DNA of 64,000 nucleotides from Octopus vulgaris (lineage: Eukaryota). The translations under genes were made by a program, and so were the position numbers. The notes beneath the pieces were generated by a model. It was not told the DNA's origin and ran no database searches. It worked only from the letters and a program-made list of their open reading frames with translations. Of this stretch, positions 1 through 12,932 are shown one piece after another; the stretch's first letter is position 1, and each line of letters begins with the position of its first letter. The stretch is from the NCBI GenBank assembly GCA_951406725.2, contig OX597838.1, forward strand, positions 14,756,001 through 14,820,000, read 5' to 3'.

Positions 1-151
1 TGAATAAATAAACATTACATTTGACAAAATTATGTGAAAGCTAAAGGGTTAAGAAGTTGGGAAGATATGGGCGAAGTCTATTTTGTCCATTTGATTACGA
101 TTTTTGGTTCTATCTGATGGTCTGTGGCCATCCTAGGATTACCATCTTTAA

Positions 152-372
152 CCCTTTAGCATTTAAACCGGCCATATCCTGCCAAAAATATTCTACCTGT
201 TTTATGTTCAAACTAGCCCTATCTGGTCTCTCACACCAACCCTACAATATTGTTTTAAAAATTAACAGCTACCTCATCAAAATCTCATAGCTACAAGATA
301 ATGCATGATTAGTTCAAAACAGTGTGGATGAAGAAGCATTAATTTTGGCAGAATAATGCGAACACTAAAGGG
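152..372. mobile_element. piggyBac-type MITE (family A)
   Basis: TTAA|CCCTTTAG...CTAAAGGG|TTAA. Related copies or pieces at 1-48, 4259-4486, 17510-17730, 19503-19721, 38107-38325 and ~46895-47105. Confidence 0.8.
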
Positions 373-546
373 TTAAATCAACATGAAAGGACTTGTACCA
401 TTGTGTTAGCCCTTTTAAAAATATTTTAAACTGACTTAGCTTTCAGCTCTTCTGAATCTTAATGATACCATATGGCATTAGTTATCACTTAACTGTAGTG
501 TTAAATGGATAAGGAGATAATTCGCCCTTGGACAGAAACACTAGAC

Positions 547-804
547 TAGTGGGTCTCAACCATTTTTCCTTTATGGATCCCTTTGATTCCTATTTGACTT
601 TGGTGGATCCTGCCCCGTTGCCTTTTGGTGTTTTTTAAAAAAAAACTCATATTTTTACAATTAAATGTCATTAGGAATTTTATTTAAAAAATGTTAATGT
701 TTTGTGAATTGTAGAAGTATAACAAATTTATTGTAGATAAATAACAAGAAAATCTTACATGGACCCCCACCAAGGGCCATATAGATCCCAGTTGAGAACC
801 ACTG
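547..804. mobile_element. hAT-type MITE
   Basis: TIRs TAGTGGGTCTCAAC / GTTGAGAACCACTG flanked by a perfect 8-bp TSD CACTAGAC (539-546 and 805-812). Confidence 0.85.
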
Positions 805-2384
805 CACTAGACTTGTAGGAAGCCTTTCCCAAACTATTTGCTGAACACTGCACTGCATTTCATTGTGTATTTGGGGAGTACATCATACTATGTGTTTGAA
901 GAGTACACTACTTCATTGAGTATTTGGGTACTATAACAATCCAGTTCACATTACCTCAGTTCTTTTTGATGTTGGAAATGTGTACCTGATCTTCATCTGG
1001 AGAATGTTACCTTGGAAGGTAACTGGCACCCTATCCCATGGGAAATTTATATTCTATCTGCTTCATCATACCATAAAACTAAAGTCAAGTATCAGTCTCC
1101 AAAGACCCATTGAGATGTTTAAGGAGATATTTAAATTAAATTTACAATACAATAATTCATTAATATTAATCTCTCTTCAAATTAGAAAATGTATAACATT
1201 TAAATTAACTGCTAAGATTTTGATGTCCAAAGATAATAAGAGCCAACGTACTGGCCAATTTATGTTGTGGAAATTAAATAGCGAAATTAAAAATAGCCAA
1301 AAGATTTTCTAGTTAATGGTAGGATGTAGTGCAAATTGTACCATGATTGCCCGACAACCAATAGGTATATGTTTCTAGTCTTGTTAGAAGTCCTATAATG
1401 TCTTTGTGAGAAGAAGAAAAATTGTTAAGTGACCCCTTTCAGGGACTTTGAGACTGGCAAGAGAAAATTGTCAGACTAAAGATCTGGCCTAAATACTTGC
1501 TACAGAGTGGAATTCATTAAGGCCATCCAAGGATCAAGTGGCAGTGTTAAGCTAGAAGATGGTTCAAGTCTCATCATCATAAATGAAATGGTCCTTTTAA
1601 CAGGCTTCCTCACAGTTTTTGTGTATCAAATTTCACTTGTATAGCTTTGGTCAATAACAAGGCTGTGCTAGAAGATACTTTACTAAAAAGGTGCAACACA
1701 GCGGAACTGAACCTGAAGCCATGTAGTTGCAAAGCAAATTCCTTAGAATCCATTTCAACATATTACTACTGCTTGTTATTTTATCCATCCTACCAAAAGA
1801 GGAATGAAAGAAATCAAACTTTAACTTGATTTGAACCCAGAGTGTGGTACACAACACATTTCTGGTCAATTTCCAACCACCCACCTTTTTTTAAAGGAGA
1901 AAACGTACCATTGGCAGTGATGAGATTTACAATTGGTGCTCAGACGGTATAATATACTTGTTAGGTATGTATTAGGGATTGGCATTCCGTTAAATTCCTA
2001 AAGGATAAACCTCCTTTCTCTCTGTGAAGTTTATACTTCAACTCTGTCTAAGTTTCTTTGATGTCCCCGCGTTTTAGCAAACCTTGGTTTCTGTCTTACA
2101 GCAACAACAACAACAACTGCAGTGACAACACTCTTAAGGGTTCTTCTACCACTAAACGCCTGTTGAGCCGTTGATTAAGTTGGTTTGGGGGGAAACTCAG
2201 CTGCCAGGATCAATCATTAATCTCTCACTGACACACACACACACACACACACGTACAGCCACACGCACGTAAACGGATGCATATACCTGTCCTTATAGGT
2301 TGCTGACTGGGAAAATCAATATTATTTGAGCTAATAATTCTAATGCCAGCCATAAAGAATCTCATTTCCTTTTCACTGCCACAC

Positions 2385-3173
2385 TCTTTCTTTCCTCTAT
2401 TTATCTTTCAAATCACTTTCCTTCTCTCCTCTCTCTCTCTCTCTTTCACAAACCCTCTCTCTTTCTTTCTCTTTTCTATCTCTTGCCAACCTTATCTCTT
2501 TCTTTTTCTCCTGTTTCTCACCAACCCTATCTCTTTCCTTCCCTCCTATCTCTCACCAACCTTATCTCTTTCTTCCTCTCTATCTTCAGGTCTCTCCCTC
2601 ATCTCTTTCTCTCCTTCATTTGTTCCTTTCTCTCCTTTGTCTCTCACCAGCCTTATCTCTTTCTTATTCTCCTTTGTCTCTCCCCAACCTTATCTCTTTC
2701 TTACTCTCCTTTGTCTCTCCCCAACCCTATCTCCAACTTTCTCTCCTCTCTATCTTCAGGTCTCTCCCTCATCTCTTTCTCTCCCAGCCTTCATCTCTTT
2801 CTTTCTCTCCTTTGTCTCTCCCCAACCTTATCTCTTTCTTACTCTCCTTTGTCTCTCCCCAACCCTATCTCCAACTTTCTCTCCTCTCTATCTTCAGGTC
2901 TCTCCCTCATCTCTTTCTCTCCTTCATCTCTTCCTTTCTCTCCTTTGTCTCTCACCAGCCTTATCTCTTTCTTACTCTCCATCTTTCTCTCACCAACCCT
3001 ATCGCCATCTTTCTCTCCTCTCTATCTTCAGGTCTCTCCCTCATCTCTTTCTCTCCTTCATCTCTTTCTCTCCTTCATCTCTTTCTTACTCTCCTTTGTC
3101 TCTCACCAACCCTATCTCCATCTTTCTCTCCTCTCTATCTTCAGGTCTCTCCCTCGCCTCTTTCTCTCCTTCA

Positions 3174-3222
<49 letters not shown>

Positions 3223-3235
3223 ATCTCCTCATCTT
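2385..3235 (+). repeat. Polypyrimidine compound minisatellite ending in (CT)n
   Basis: Recurring modules TCTTCAGGTCTCTCCCTC (5 copies), CTCCTTTGTCTCTC and CCAACCCTATCTC, with almost no G on this strand. Accounts for the spurious L/S/F-rich ORFs in all three frames. Confidence 0.9.
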
Positions 3236-4258
3236 GCACCAGCAGCTAAATAACTATCAGTAATTTGTGCAGCATGTCAATAATTTGCCCTGTGTTCATT
3301 GGAATTTTAAACTATTATTGATCAAAGTGTACGTCAGAAACTAGTTGATTTTATGTAATATTCCAGTAAATGAATGATGTAAGGAGGAGGAGGAGGAGTG
3401 GAAGAGGAGGATAATAAGAATAATGATGATGATAATAATAATAATAATAATAATAATGATGTTGATGTTACATTTTCCTCCTTCAGTCGTTAATTTTTTT
3501 ATATTTATTGATCTTACCGTAACTTGTTGATTTCTGCTTCAGCTGATTCAACTGTTAAAATAAAAAAAAAAAAGTCTTGCAGTAACTGATTGGTAGAATT
3601 CTATTCCAGTTTTTTTTTGCTTTTTTTTTTTTAGTTTTTTTTTTAGATTTAAAAAAAAAAATTTATTAATAAGCTTGCTCATTATTTCTTGTTAAATAAT
3701 CATTATCTTTAATGAATCCTAGCTCTCACAGTAGTAGCTGTAGTAATAGCAACTACTACTGCTACTAAAACTAATAATAACAACAACAACAGTGGCATTT
3801 TAGATAAGATGAGGAAATAGCTGTGAGCCCTTGATAACTACATTGCAGTGTTTATGAGCTAATAAGTGAGCCTGGATGTGATTGATTGACCTGGTAAATA
3901 GGGTAGCCAAAATCTCCCACAAATCATACACCATGCAAAAGGAAAGGGCATTGGATAATGTACTTACAGATATAATAGAATATGAGAGAGTCATGGTTGG
4001 AATGTCTTTGATCATTGGTTTGACTAGTTAGAGTTGCCTTCACGAAACTATGTCTCTTTTATTGAGACATAGTATATCTAGGACTATATTACAGTTTCGT
4101 ATTGCAGTGTAGTGTTGTTGTTGTTGAGCTTCAGGTTACAGATCAGCCATAATTCAACAGATTTACGATCAGAGCAACCCAACCATGACATTGACATTTT
4201 TTCCTTGACATAGTGTATCTCGGGATACATTATCCAATGTGCTGTTGCTTTGTATTAA

Positions 4259-4486
4259 CCCTTTCAGTGTTTAAACTGGCTTTATCCAGCCCAAATTTTC
4301 TATCTGTAATTATGTTGAAATCAACCTGATTTGGCCTCTCACACCTATTCTACAATGTCATCCTAAAATGTGTTTATTTATGTAAACACATTATTGAGAT
4401 CTCGAAGCTACTATACAATTAACCTAATTGAGGACAATATAATTAAATATTATTACTTTCGACAGAGGAATCTGAATGCTAAAGGG
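4259..4486. mobile_element. piggyBac-type MITE (family A)
   Basis: TTAA|CCCTTT...CTAAAGGG|TTAA with internal similarity to 152-372. Confidence 0.75.
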
Positions 4487-5313
4487 TTAAGGTGTGATGT
4501 GGAAATTTGGTTGCTGTTTCTAGCATGTCAAGCAACTCAATAGAACCTTCGTCAATGGCTAGTTATTATTATTATCTGTGAACTATTTCCTTAATTACCG
4601 CATTCAATATCTGAAGACTTCCTCTCTCTTTCCTTCATCAACGTCATTTTCCAAAAATGTATTTCCTACTGGAAGCAACTCTGCACAAATCTTTGCTGCA
4701 AATGTTGTTTTTATTTGTTCCTTATTTGTCCATTTTCTTTTAAAAACTCTGTAATGTGCCAAATGTTAATAAATAATCCTCGACACTTCAAATTCTGTGC
4801 TCATAGAGCAAGAAACAAAAAAAAATACCGAAAGTTTGGATAATCTCTAAGGAATTCTACATGTTTGAACAATATTATTGCATGCAAACACAGTTATAAT
4901 ATCTGGCAGTTGTTGCAGAATTATTGACTTTGGAATAATTTATTCACATGTGCATATGCACATGCATACACACACACACACACACTTACATGCACACATT
5001 GTTTCACGTTCTATCTGTTTTTCTCTGCTGGCAAAGGTTGGACAAATGTTTATTTGTGGCAATGTTTTATGCCTGGATGCCTCTCCTGTCACCAATCCTC
5101 ACCTGTCCTTTAAAAGCAAACGATTTTCCTTTTATTCCACTAAACTTCAAAACCGCTGAGCTACAGGATGTAATCTCTACTGGGAAATGTAAACATGACA
5201 AAAATGGGGGTTTTTTTGGCTCAGGTAGTTTCATGCAAAAAAGTGGAAAAAATAGCTTTCCATGTGCACATACATACACACATACATTCATGCATATAAA
5301 CATATATATATAT

Positions 5314-5479
5314 AGGCGCAGGAGTGGCTGTGTGGTAAGTAGCTTGCTAACCAACCACATGGTTCCAGGTTCAGTCCCACTTGCTGGCATCTTGGGCAAG
5401 TGTCTTCTGCTATAGCCCCGAGCCGACCAATGCCTTGTGAGTGGATTTGGTAGACGGAAACTGAAAGAAGCCTGTCGTA

Positions 5480-5532
<53 letters not shown>

Positions 5533-5720
5533 TTGTGTTTGTCCCCCTAGCATTGCTTGACAACCGATGCTGGTGTGTTTACGTCCCCGTCACTTAGCGG
5601 TTCAGCAAAAGAGACCAATAGAATAAGTCCTGAATAAGTCCCGGGTCGATTTGCTCGACTAAAGGCGGTGCTCCAGCATGGCCGCAGTCAAATGACTGAA
5701 ACAAGTAAAAGAGTAAAGAG
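5314..5720 (+). mobile_element. tRNA-derived CORE-type SINE
   Basis: A box TGGCTGTGTGG, B box GGTTCAGTCC, CORE-like CTTGGGCAAGTGTC, internal (TA)n and tail GACTGAAACAAGTAAAAGAG. More than 15 related copies in the window. Confidence 0.85.
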
Positions 5721-5874
5721 TATATGCATACATACATCTGCATGTGCATGTATGTATGTATGTACACACAAGGCAGGCTTGAGGCTATTGTTGTAGACAC
5801 TTAACCAAAGTACTGCACGGTCAGATTGAACCTGAAACCTTGTGGTTGTGAATCAAATTTCTTACATACATGCA

Positions 5875-5905
<31 letters not shown>

Positions 5906-7262
5906 CGCATGCACAGGTGAGAGTTTAATTCTCTATATCATATTCCTTAACCTGAAAAGAAAAATGCTTCTTGCCTCTTTGCAACTTAAGCGTTTTAGTA
6001 TTTCTTTTTCCTTCTTTGCGACCCAGATGCTTAAAATAATGAGAAAAATATAATAGCAAGCAGTGTCAATGAGTCGTCTTACTCAAGGTCAGCTCTGCTT
6101 GAGCAGATCCTCAACATAGACGTAGCAGCTGAACAGCTAAACCGTATGACTCATTTATCTGTTGTCACTTGACAGTCAAATTGTGCACACAAACATACAA
6201 TGATTTATGGTGTGATGTGATGGGGGTGCACTGTTGCTATTTGCCCAAGCCATACTCTTTCTCTCTCTACTTTTCAAACTGTTTCTATTTGCTTGTTGTT
6301 GTTGTTGTTGTTGTGAAGCCCTAGATGCCCTCATCAGCTGAGGACCTCATCGCAAACTCCAGTATGACATGGTCTAATAGGGAGAGGTTGCTCAGTTTTG
6401 CTGCCTTCAGTCTCTCATATTAAAACCTCTCTTACTTTGTCTTTTAACCACAGCATCTGTCTGAATTGTTAATCATGCATTCCAATTCTTGCAGGTTCAT
6501 TTGTAATTAATTAATTAAGAAGTCAGGTAACGAATGACAATAAATAATTGCATCTTAATTCTTTTCTTCTGATATTTCCTTCATTAAATCAGGTTTCAGA
6601 AACTTTATTAGCTAAATATTTCATCAATTAGAGAAGGAACTGACTGAAATCTGTCAAATCTGCCTTCATTTTATTGACTCCACAGAAAGTTCCATTTGCA
6701 AATTAACCAAAAGATTTCCTGTCAAGACGATGACTCAATAGGGTCCAACTGAAATAATATAGATGGTTGCTACTTAAATATGTTATTCCACCCTGTTCCT
6801 AACTTCTATCCACCTTCCCCTGAAATCCCACTAAGCCTCCCCTCCTCAATCTCGTCACTGTGCCACCCAAACCCCCCAATTTATCTACTTTGCAATTAAC
6901 TAAATTGATAAATTTGAAGTATTATATCTTAACCTTTTGGTAGCAGCACGTAGCTATTTTTTGTTTGTTTTTGTTTAAATATTTTCTTTTTCTTTCACCC
7001 AAACAGAACAGCACTTTTTTTTTTTTATGTTATGTTTTTTAAAATTCAATCTGCTTATAATTTTCAGAATGTTGTCTTCAGGTATTGTCATGGCAACATC
7101 ACCGAAACCTTATCCCTATCAGCTCCTGGTAGTTAGTGTTACAGATTAGCACTTGTCTACTCTCCCCGTGTGCCTACAAAGATCTACCAACTGCTTGAAC
7201 CCCTATCACTACTACTTGCTTTGACTGTTGATTATTGATACATTATATTTGCAAGACTCAGA

Positions 7263-7296
<34 letters not shown>

Positions 7297-8949
7297 GTTA
7301 TTGTCTTTGTGGCGAGTTGCCAGAAACATTAGCATGCTGGGCAAAGTGCTTTATAGCAGTTCATCTGTCTCTACACTCTGCATTCAAATTCCAGCGAGGT
7401 TGACTTTGCCTTTCACCTTTTTAAATATTAGGGAGTCAACAAAATAAATACCAGTTGAGCACTGAGGTTGATGTAGATAAATGGCCCCTTTCCTGAACTT
7501 GCTGGCCTTGTGCCAAAATTTGAAACCATTATTATTATTATTGTTATTATTATTTGGGAAAATCAGTTGGTAGAATTAAAGTACTGGTGAAGGACTAGAG
7601 TCAATATTATTGACTGTTCTTCTCTCCTCCAAATATTAGATTTTGCACCCATGTTGCAGTTATTCCTTTGGGTTGATGGGCATTGATTTAAATTGTCCCT
7701 TGTCTTTTTGGGGTCAATAAAATAAAGCATCAGAGAAGCATTGGGTTCAGTGATATCAAATAAAACCCTATTCTGCTTCAAAAAAAAAGAAATTCCAAGC
7801 CTTGAGCATATGCTAGAAACAGTGAGGCTAGCAGATTGGTGGAAATGTTAGTGCATATTGCAATATTGAGTTACGGTGCTTTATGTTCTGAGTTCAAATC
7901 CCAATGAAGCCAACTTTGCCTTTCAACCTCACAGAGTCAAAATAAAAGTACCAGTCAAGTACTGAAATCAGTAATATTGACCAAACCCTACTTTTTATAT
8001 TTGCTGGCCTTGTTAAGATCTCCAATGGTTACAGGCTGATTTGTGGAGTTGTACTGTAGTCGCCTATTACCCTTATTTGCATTTTCTGACCTTAATGAGT
8101 CATGTAAGGAGTTAAAACTTATCTCTCATTGTCTAGTTGTTTCTTCGTGGTCAGGTTACATTATTGGACAACATCCCCAGCTTCTTTGGGGTTTTTAGAA
8201 GATAGAGAACCAGAAAGTTTGATGGGTGTTAATGGTGATAGACTTGCCACTTAGCCTCAGTGTTCTGAGATTTTTTAAACCTCAGTATCAGTGATAGGTA
8301 CAGCTGTAGAAACCATGCCAAATCAGAGTAGAGCCTGGTGCAGCTCCCTGGCTTACCTGTTTTTAGTCAAACCATCCAACCCATGCTAGCATGGACATTA
8401 AGTGATGATGATGTTAATGGACATTAAATAATGATGATGGTAATCTGGGGGAATGAAATAGCAAAAGGGATGTCTTACCTTGAGACATGGAACCCTAGCT
8501 AAGCACCTCCCCTTAAGACACTTCTATTAAATTAATTAATTTCTACAATTTGCTGACCTGTTTGCTTTTAATGTAAATTATTTTTTTTTAATCATTTAAT
8601 TTTTTGTTATTTTTTGATGTCTTTCATTTATTCATGCTGTAACTTTGATTTTATTTCATTGACCAAGTAGTATTTCATTATGTCTGGATCTTCTTTGTAT
8701 CAGATTGCTTCTGTGATGAGTTTATGTTCAAACTGAAAACAAATGTGGATTGTTTGTATTGTTTTTTTGTTTTTTTTTACCTTCATACATATTTTCAGAT
8801 ATATATATATATATATAAATATATAAGTTCAGCAAAAATTTAGATTCAAATGGCTGATGAGTACTCAGCATTTTAAATCTGTTGTAATACTTACAACATT
8901 TAATAAAATGACGTAGTACGAAACGATCGTACCAAATTACCAGAGTCAT

Positions 8950-9172
8950 TGTTCGTGGCCGTTTGCCAGCTCCGTCTGGCTCCTGTGCGGGTGGCACGTA
9001 AAAAGCACCCACTACACTCGCGGAGTGGTTGGCGTTAGGAAGGGCATCCAGCTGTAGAAACACTGCCAGATCAGACTGGGCCTGATGCTGCCTCCTGGCT
9101 TCACAGACCCCAGTTGAACCGTCCAACCCATGCTAGCATGGAAAACGGACGTTAAACGACGATGATGATGAT
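8950..9172 (+). mobile_element. RTE-tailed retroposon (5' truncated)
   Basis: GTGGCACGTAAAAAGCAC module, GGCGTTAGGAAGGGCATCCAGC, and CCAACCCATGCTAGCATGG...(GAT)n tail. Confidence 0.8.
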
Positions 9173-9201
9173 TGTTGTAGCTTATTTTGAGTATATATAT
9201 A

Positions 9202-9457
9202 TCATCATCGTCGTCGTTTAACGTCCACTTTCCATGCTGGCATGGGTTGGACCGTTTGACTGAGGACTGGTGAGCCAGATGGCTGCACCAAACTCCAATC
9301 TGATCTGGCAGAGTTTCTACAGCTTGATGCCCTTCCTAATGCCAACCACTCCGAGAGTGTAGTGGGTGCTTTTTACGTGCCACCTGCATGGGGGCCAGTC
9401 AGGCGGTGCTGGCAATGACCTCGCTCGAATAGTGTTTTTTTATGTGCCACCTGCACA
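9202..9457 (-). mobile_element. RTE-tailed retroposon, inverted relative to the neighbouring copy
   Basis: Reverse complement of the same tail and body (CATCATCGTCGTCGTTTAACGTCC...TTTTTACGTGCCAC). Confidence 0.8.
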
Positions 9458-10521
9458 TATATATAGGTTTTGCCCTGAATAACAATTAGGGCAAAACCTA
9501 TACTAAATATCAAGTGATATATGATGTCCTGTGTGGTAGCTTGAGCTGCTGGAAATGGCAGCTAAATTTCTCTAAAATCAGGTTTTCTTACCTTCATTAT
9601 CAAAACTTCATTCAATCTTTAGTAAAGGATTCATGCTATAAAAAAATTTAAAAAAAACTTAGCTTAGCTCTTCAATTTTTTTCCCCAGTATTTATTTTCT
9701 TAATGTAAAAATAAAACTGATAGATAACAATCCTTCAAGATAGAAGTAACAAGTGTATAGAAAAGACTGTACTTTTCAAGGATGTTCTCTCCTCAAACTG
9801 CACCTTCCTTACTATATTCCATATCAACAAGCAAACACTTAAGAAAAATATTATTTAAAAAACCAAAAAAAAACAAAAAAAAACGTATTTCGTAGTTCTT
9901 CAAAGATACTGAAAAAGTTTGTAGTTTTTCTTCAAAATATATCAGAAATTTCCATTGGTACTGTTCATACTTATAAATATATACGTCTAATCTAAAAATA
10001 TTAAAAAATTTTAGTCTTCCTTGTTATGTCTGTTTATTTTATTCATTTGAAATTCATTTCAAACCCTGAACAAACCTCTTGTCATCTGTAATCAATAAAT
10101 AACCTCAACCATTTATCATGGGTGAACCAAAGACTCAGTCACCAGTTGGTGAACAAACCTGTTAGTCACTTGAGATTAATGAACTATGCTGCCAAGTTAG
10201 CTGTTCTGAGTCACCCCTCCCGATCTGTATAAATCCAGCTCTACCCTATAATGTTACAGATGTGGTAGGAAGCAGGTGGGGAGTTGAACAGCCCGAAAAA
10301 TCAAAGATCAATGGTAGGAACTATAAAAGTGTCAGTGGCATATTTATTGAGGTGAATAGGAGGTGGGTGGCGATGCTGTATGGTAGGAGAAAAGTGCCAT
10401 AGTAGATGGGATGACAGAACTGATATATTACATATGCATACAATACACACACACACACATATTTCTAGAAAGGGGGGGGGTGAGATGTCATGTGTATATG
10501 TATATATATATATATATATAT

Positions 10522-10944
10522 AGGCGCAGGAGTGGCTGTGTGCTAAGTAGATTGCTTACCAACCACACGGTTCCAGGTTCAGTCCCACTGCATGGCACCT
10601 TGGGCAAGTGTCTTCTACTACAGCCTCGGGCCGACCAAAGCCTTGTGAGTGAATTTTGTAGACAGAAACTGAAAAGAAGCCCGTTGTATATATGTGTATG
10701 TATATATATATGTGTGTGTGTGCGTGTATGTTTGTGTGTTTGTGTTTGTCCCCCTAGCTTGACAACCGATGCTGGTGTGTTTATGTCCCCGTCACTTAGC
10801 GGTTCAGCAAAAGAGACCGAAAGAATAAGTACTGGGCTTACAAAGAATAAGTCCCGGGGTCGATTTGCTCGACTAAAGGCGGTGTTCCAGCATGGCCGCA
10901 GTCAAATGACTGAAACAAGTGAAAGAGTATAAAAGAGTAAGAGT
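10522..10944 (+). mobile_element. tRNA-derived CORE-type SINE
   Basis: Full-length copy of the AGGCGCAGGAGTGGCTGTG family. Confidence 0.85.
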
Positions 10945-11344
10945 ATATATATATATATATGGGGAGGGGTGGGGCAGGAGGGTTTGTGTTGCAAAGTGTC
11001 TGTAACATGTAGAATTAAGCTGAAGTGAAGTGTCATTATGCAGGTATATCATAATACACATACATGCACACACTCAAGTACCTGCATACACTCACACTCT
11101 CATAACAAACAACACATATGCGCATAAAACTCAGTCACACGCCCATTCACTCACTCATGCATGTAGCCATGCACATGTGAACCGGTGCGTGCACACACTC
11201 ACAATTTACTTAAAACTATTGTCATAGGTAATTCTCAATGTTTTCCATGTGAAAATTGGCAATTTTTATGAGCCAGTATTTATTTATTTATTTATAGTAT
11301 CATTACGCTTTATAACAATGATGTTTTTTTTTTTTTTTTTTGAA

Positions 11345-11858
11345 ATCGAAACTCGGTGACCGGCATCCGTTGCTAGTGGAGTGCTAAGTGTACCATACGA
11401 GTGAGATCGTGCCAGAGCAACAAGCTGGCCTTCGTGCCAGTGGCATGTTAAACACACCATTCGAGCGTGATCATTACCGCGTCGCCTTACTAGCACTTGT
11501 CCTGGTGGCACGTGAAACATTTGAATGAGGTCGTCGCCAGTGCCACTGGACTGGCTCCTGTGCAGGTGGCACGTAAAAAAGCACCATTTGGGTGTGGCCG
11601 TTGCCAGTACCACCAAACTGGCCCTCGTGCCGGTGGCACGTAAAAGCACCATCCATTCGTGGCCGTTCGCCAGCTCTGTCTGGCACCTGTGCAGGTGGCA
11701 CATAAAAAACACCCACTACACTCTCGGAGTGGTTGGCGTTAGGAAGGGCATCCAGCTGTAGAAACTCTGCCAGATCAAATTGGAGTTTGGTTCGCCAGAC
11801 CTCAGTCAAATCGTCCAACCCATGCTAGCATGGAAAGCGGACGCTAAATGATGATGAT
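11345..11858 (+). mobile_element. RTE-tailed retroposon with five ~60-67 bp modules
   Basis: GTGGCACGTAAAA-like motif at ~11440, 11505, 11566, 11633 and 11696, then the standard (GAT)n tail. Confidence 0.8.
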
Positions 11859-12451
11859 TTAAAGAAATTCTTCAGTTTTTCATTTGTTAAAAACAATAGT
11901 TTTGTTGCATAACCTGCACATATTAAATACTGAGTTATAATAGCTGCTTGCTATTTTGGTCGGCTCAGTAACACACACATAGCAAAGTTGTAAGAGCACC
12001 AGACAGAATGCCTTGTGGTATTTGTTTCAACCCTTTGAAATTTACAAATATAATACACAAGGCTATTTCTTTCTCTCACCTCTCCTTCCCCCCCCCCCTC
12101 TCTCTCTCTCAATCAGCTTCAGGAAGGGGTCAAAAGAAGAACATAATTGTGGCCCCACCTCTCACCTTCCATGTTTGCACTGCAAGAAAGGAGCTGGTTA
12201 GCTGTCTGGGTGCAAACCAAATAATTGTCTGATTAGTCACGAGTTTGCTTCAGGTTACTAAGGGGGACTGTATAACAATTTGGGCAAAACCTATACTAAA
12301 TATCAAGTGATATATGATGTCCTGTGTGGTAGCTTGAGCTGCTGGAAATGGCAGCTAAATTTCTCTAAAATCAAGTTTTCTTACCTTCAGTAAGGAAGAA
12401 AAATCTGGACATTGTAGTCCTAGATATACATCACTGTGGATCTTTTACAGC

Positions 12452-12932
12452 TTGAATGCCTTGAGCCTGTTTTATCTCGGTAGATGCTGTGGCGAAAGAA
12501 GTAGTATGGAAGATGAGAGTGAAAGGAATTGCATCAGGCATGTTTATCTCCAGTCTCGAGCTAATCGACTTCTTCGTTTTCCACATGAAACGGAAAATAA
12601 GGCTGGAGAAGAAATGCCTGTCGCAAAGTGTGTTTCGTAAAAGATGGAAGTATATAGCAAGTATGTTGCGAGTGAAAGAACCTGTTTAAACGAGAATGTA
12701 AAAAAAGGAGAAAGCAAAGTCTTCAGTGTGAGTATGTGGTTTGTGGGGTCGACCGCATCCTCCGCTTCATTTTTTGTTAATCACTCATTCTCATTTAATT
12801 GTATATATTTTAATTGTCTGTTTAGTCATACCGTTCGCTCATTCGATACCCTGACCCCAACGTTTGTTTTGTCTGTCCCCCCCCCTCGTATTGTCCCCTC
12901 TTTTTCTCAATATTATGGTGAATAAAGAAATA
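12452..12932 (+). mobile_element. L1/Tx1-like LINE 3' fragment (ORF2 C-terminus plus 3' UTR)
   Basis: VAKEVVWKMR...FFVFHMKRKIRLEKK...FRKRW resembles the Tx1/L1 ORF2 C-terminal pattern AK..IW..R....F...W. Ends AATAAAGAAATA next to (CT)n. The 3' tail is duplicated at 12970-13134. Clade call is from motif recall only. Confidence 0.55.

Noticed and set aside
2343-3263. Three long overlapping ORFs (306, 256 and 209 aa)
   Set aside because: They are open only because the pyrimidine-rich minisatellite lacks stop codons. The translation is low-complexity L/S/F/P.
5314-5390. tRNA-like sequences at SINE heads (also 36810-36882 and 29610-29682)
   Set aside because: A and B boxes are present, but they continue into SINE bodies and lack a proper cloverleaf and terminator, so they are not tRNA genes.
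11430-11720. Repeat-spacer pattern (GTGGCACGTAAAAAGCACC every ~60-67 bp) resembling a CRISPR array; similar pattern at 61342-61670
   Set aside because: The spacers resemble each other and recur in other copies of the same retroposon, the repeats are degenerate, there are no cas genes, and the context is a eukaryotic intron.
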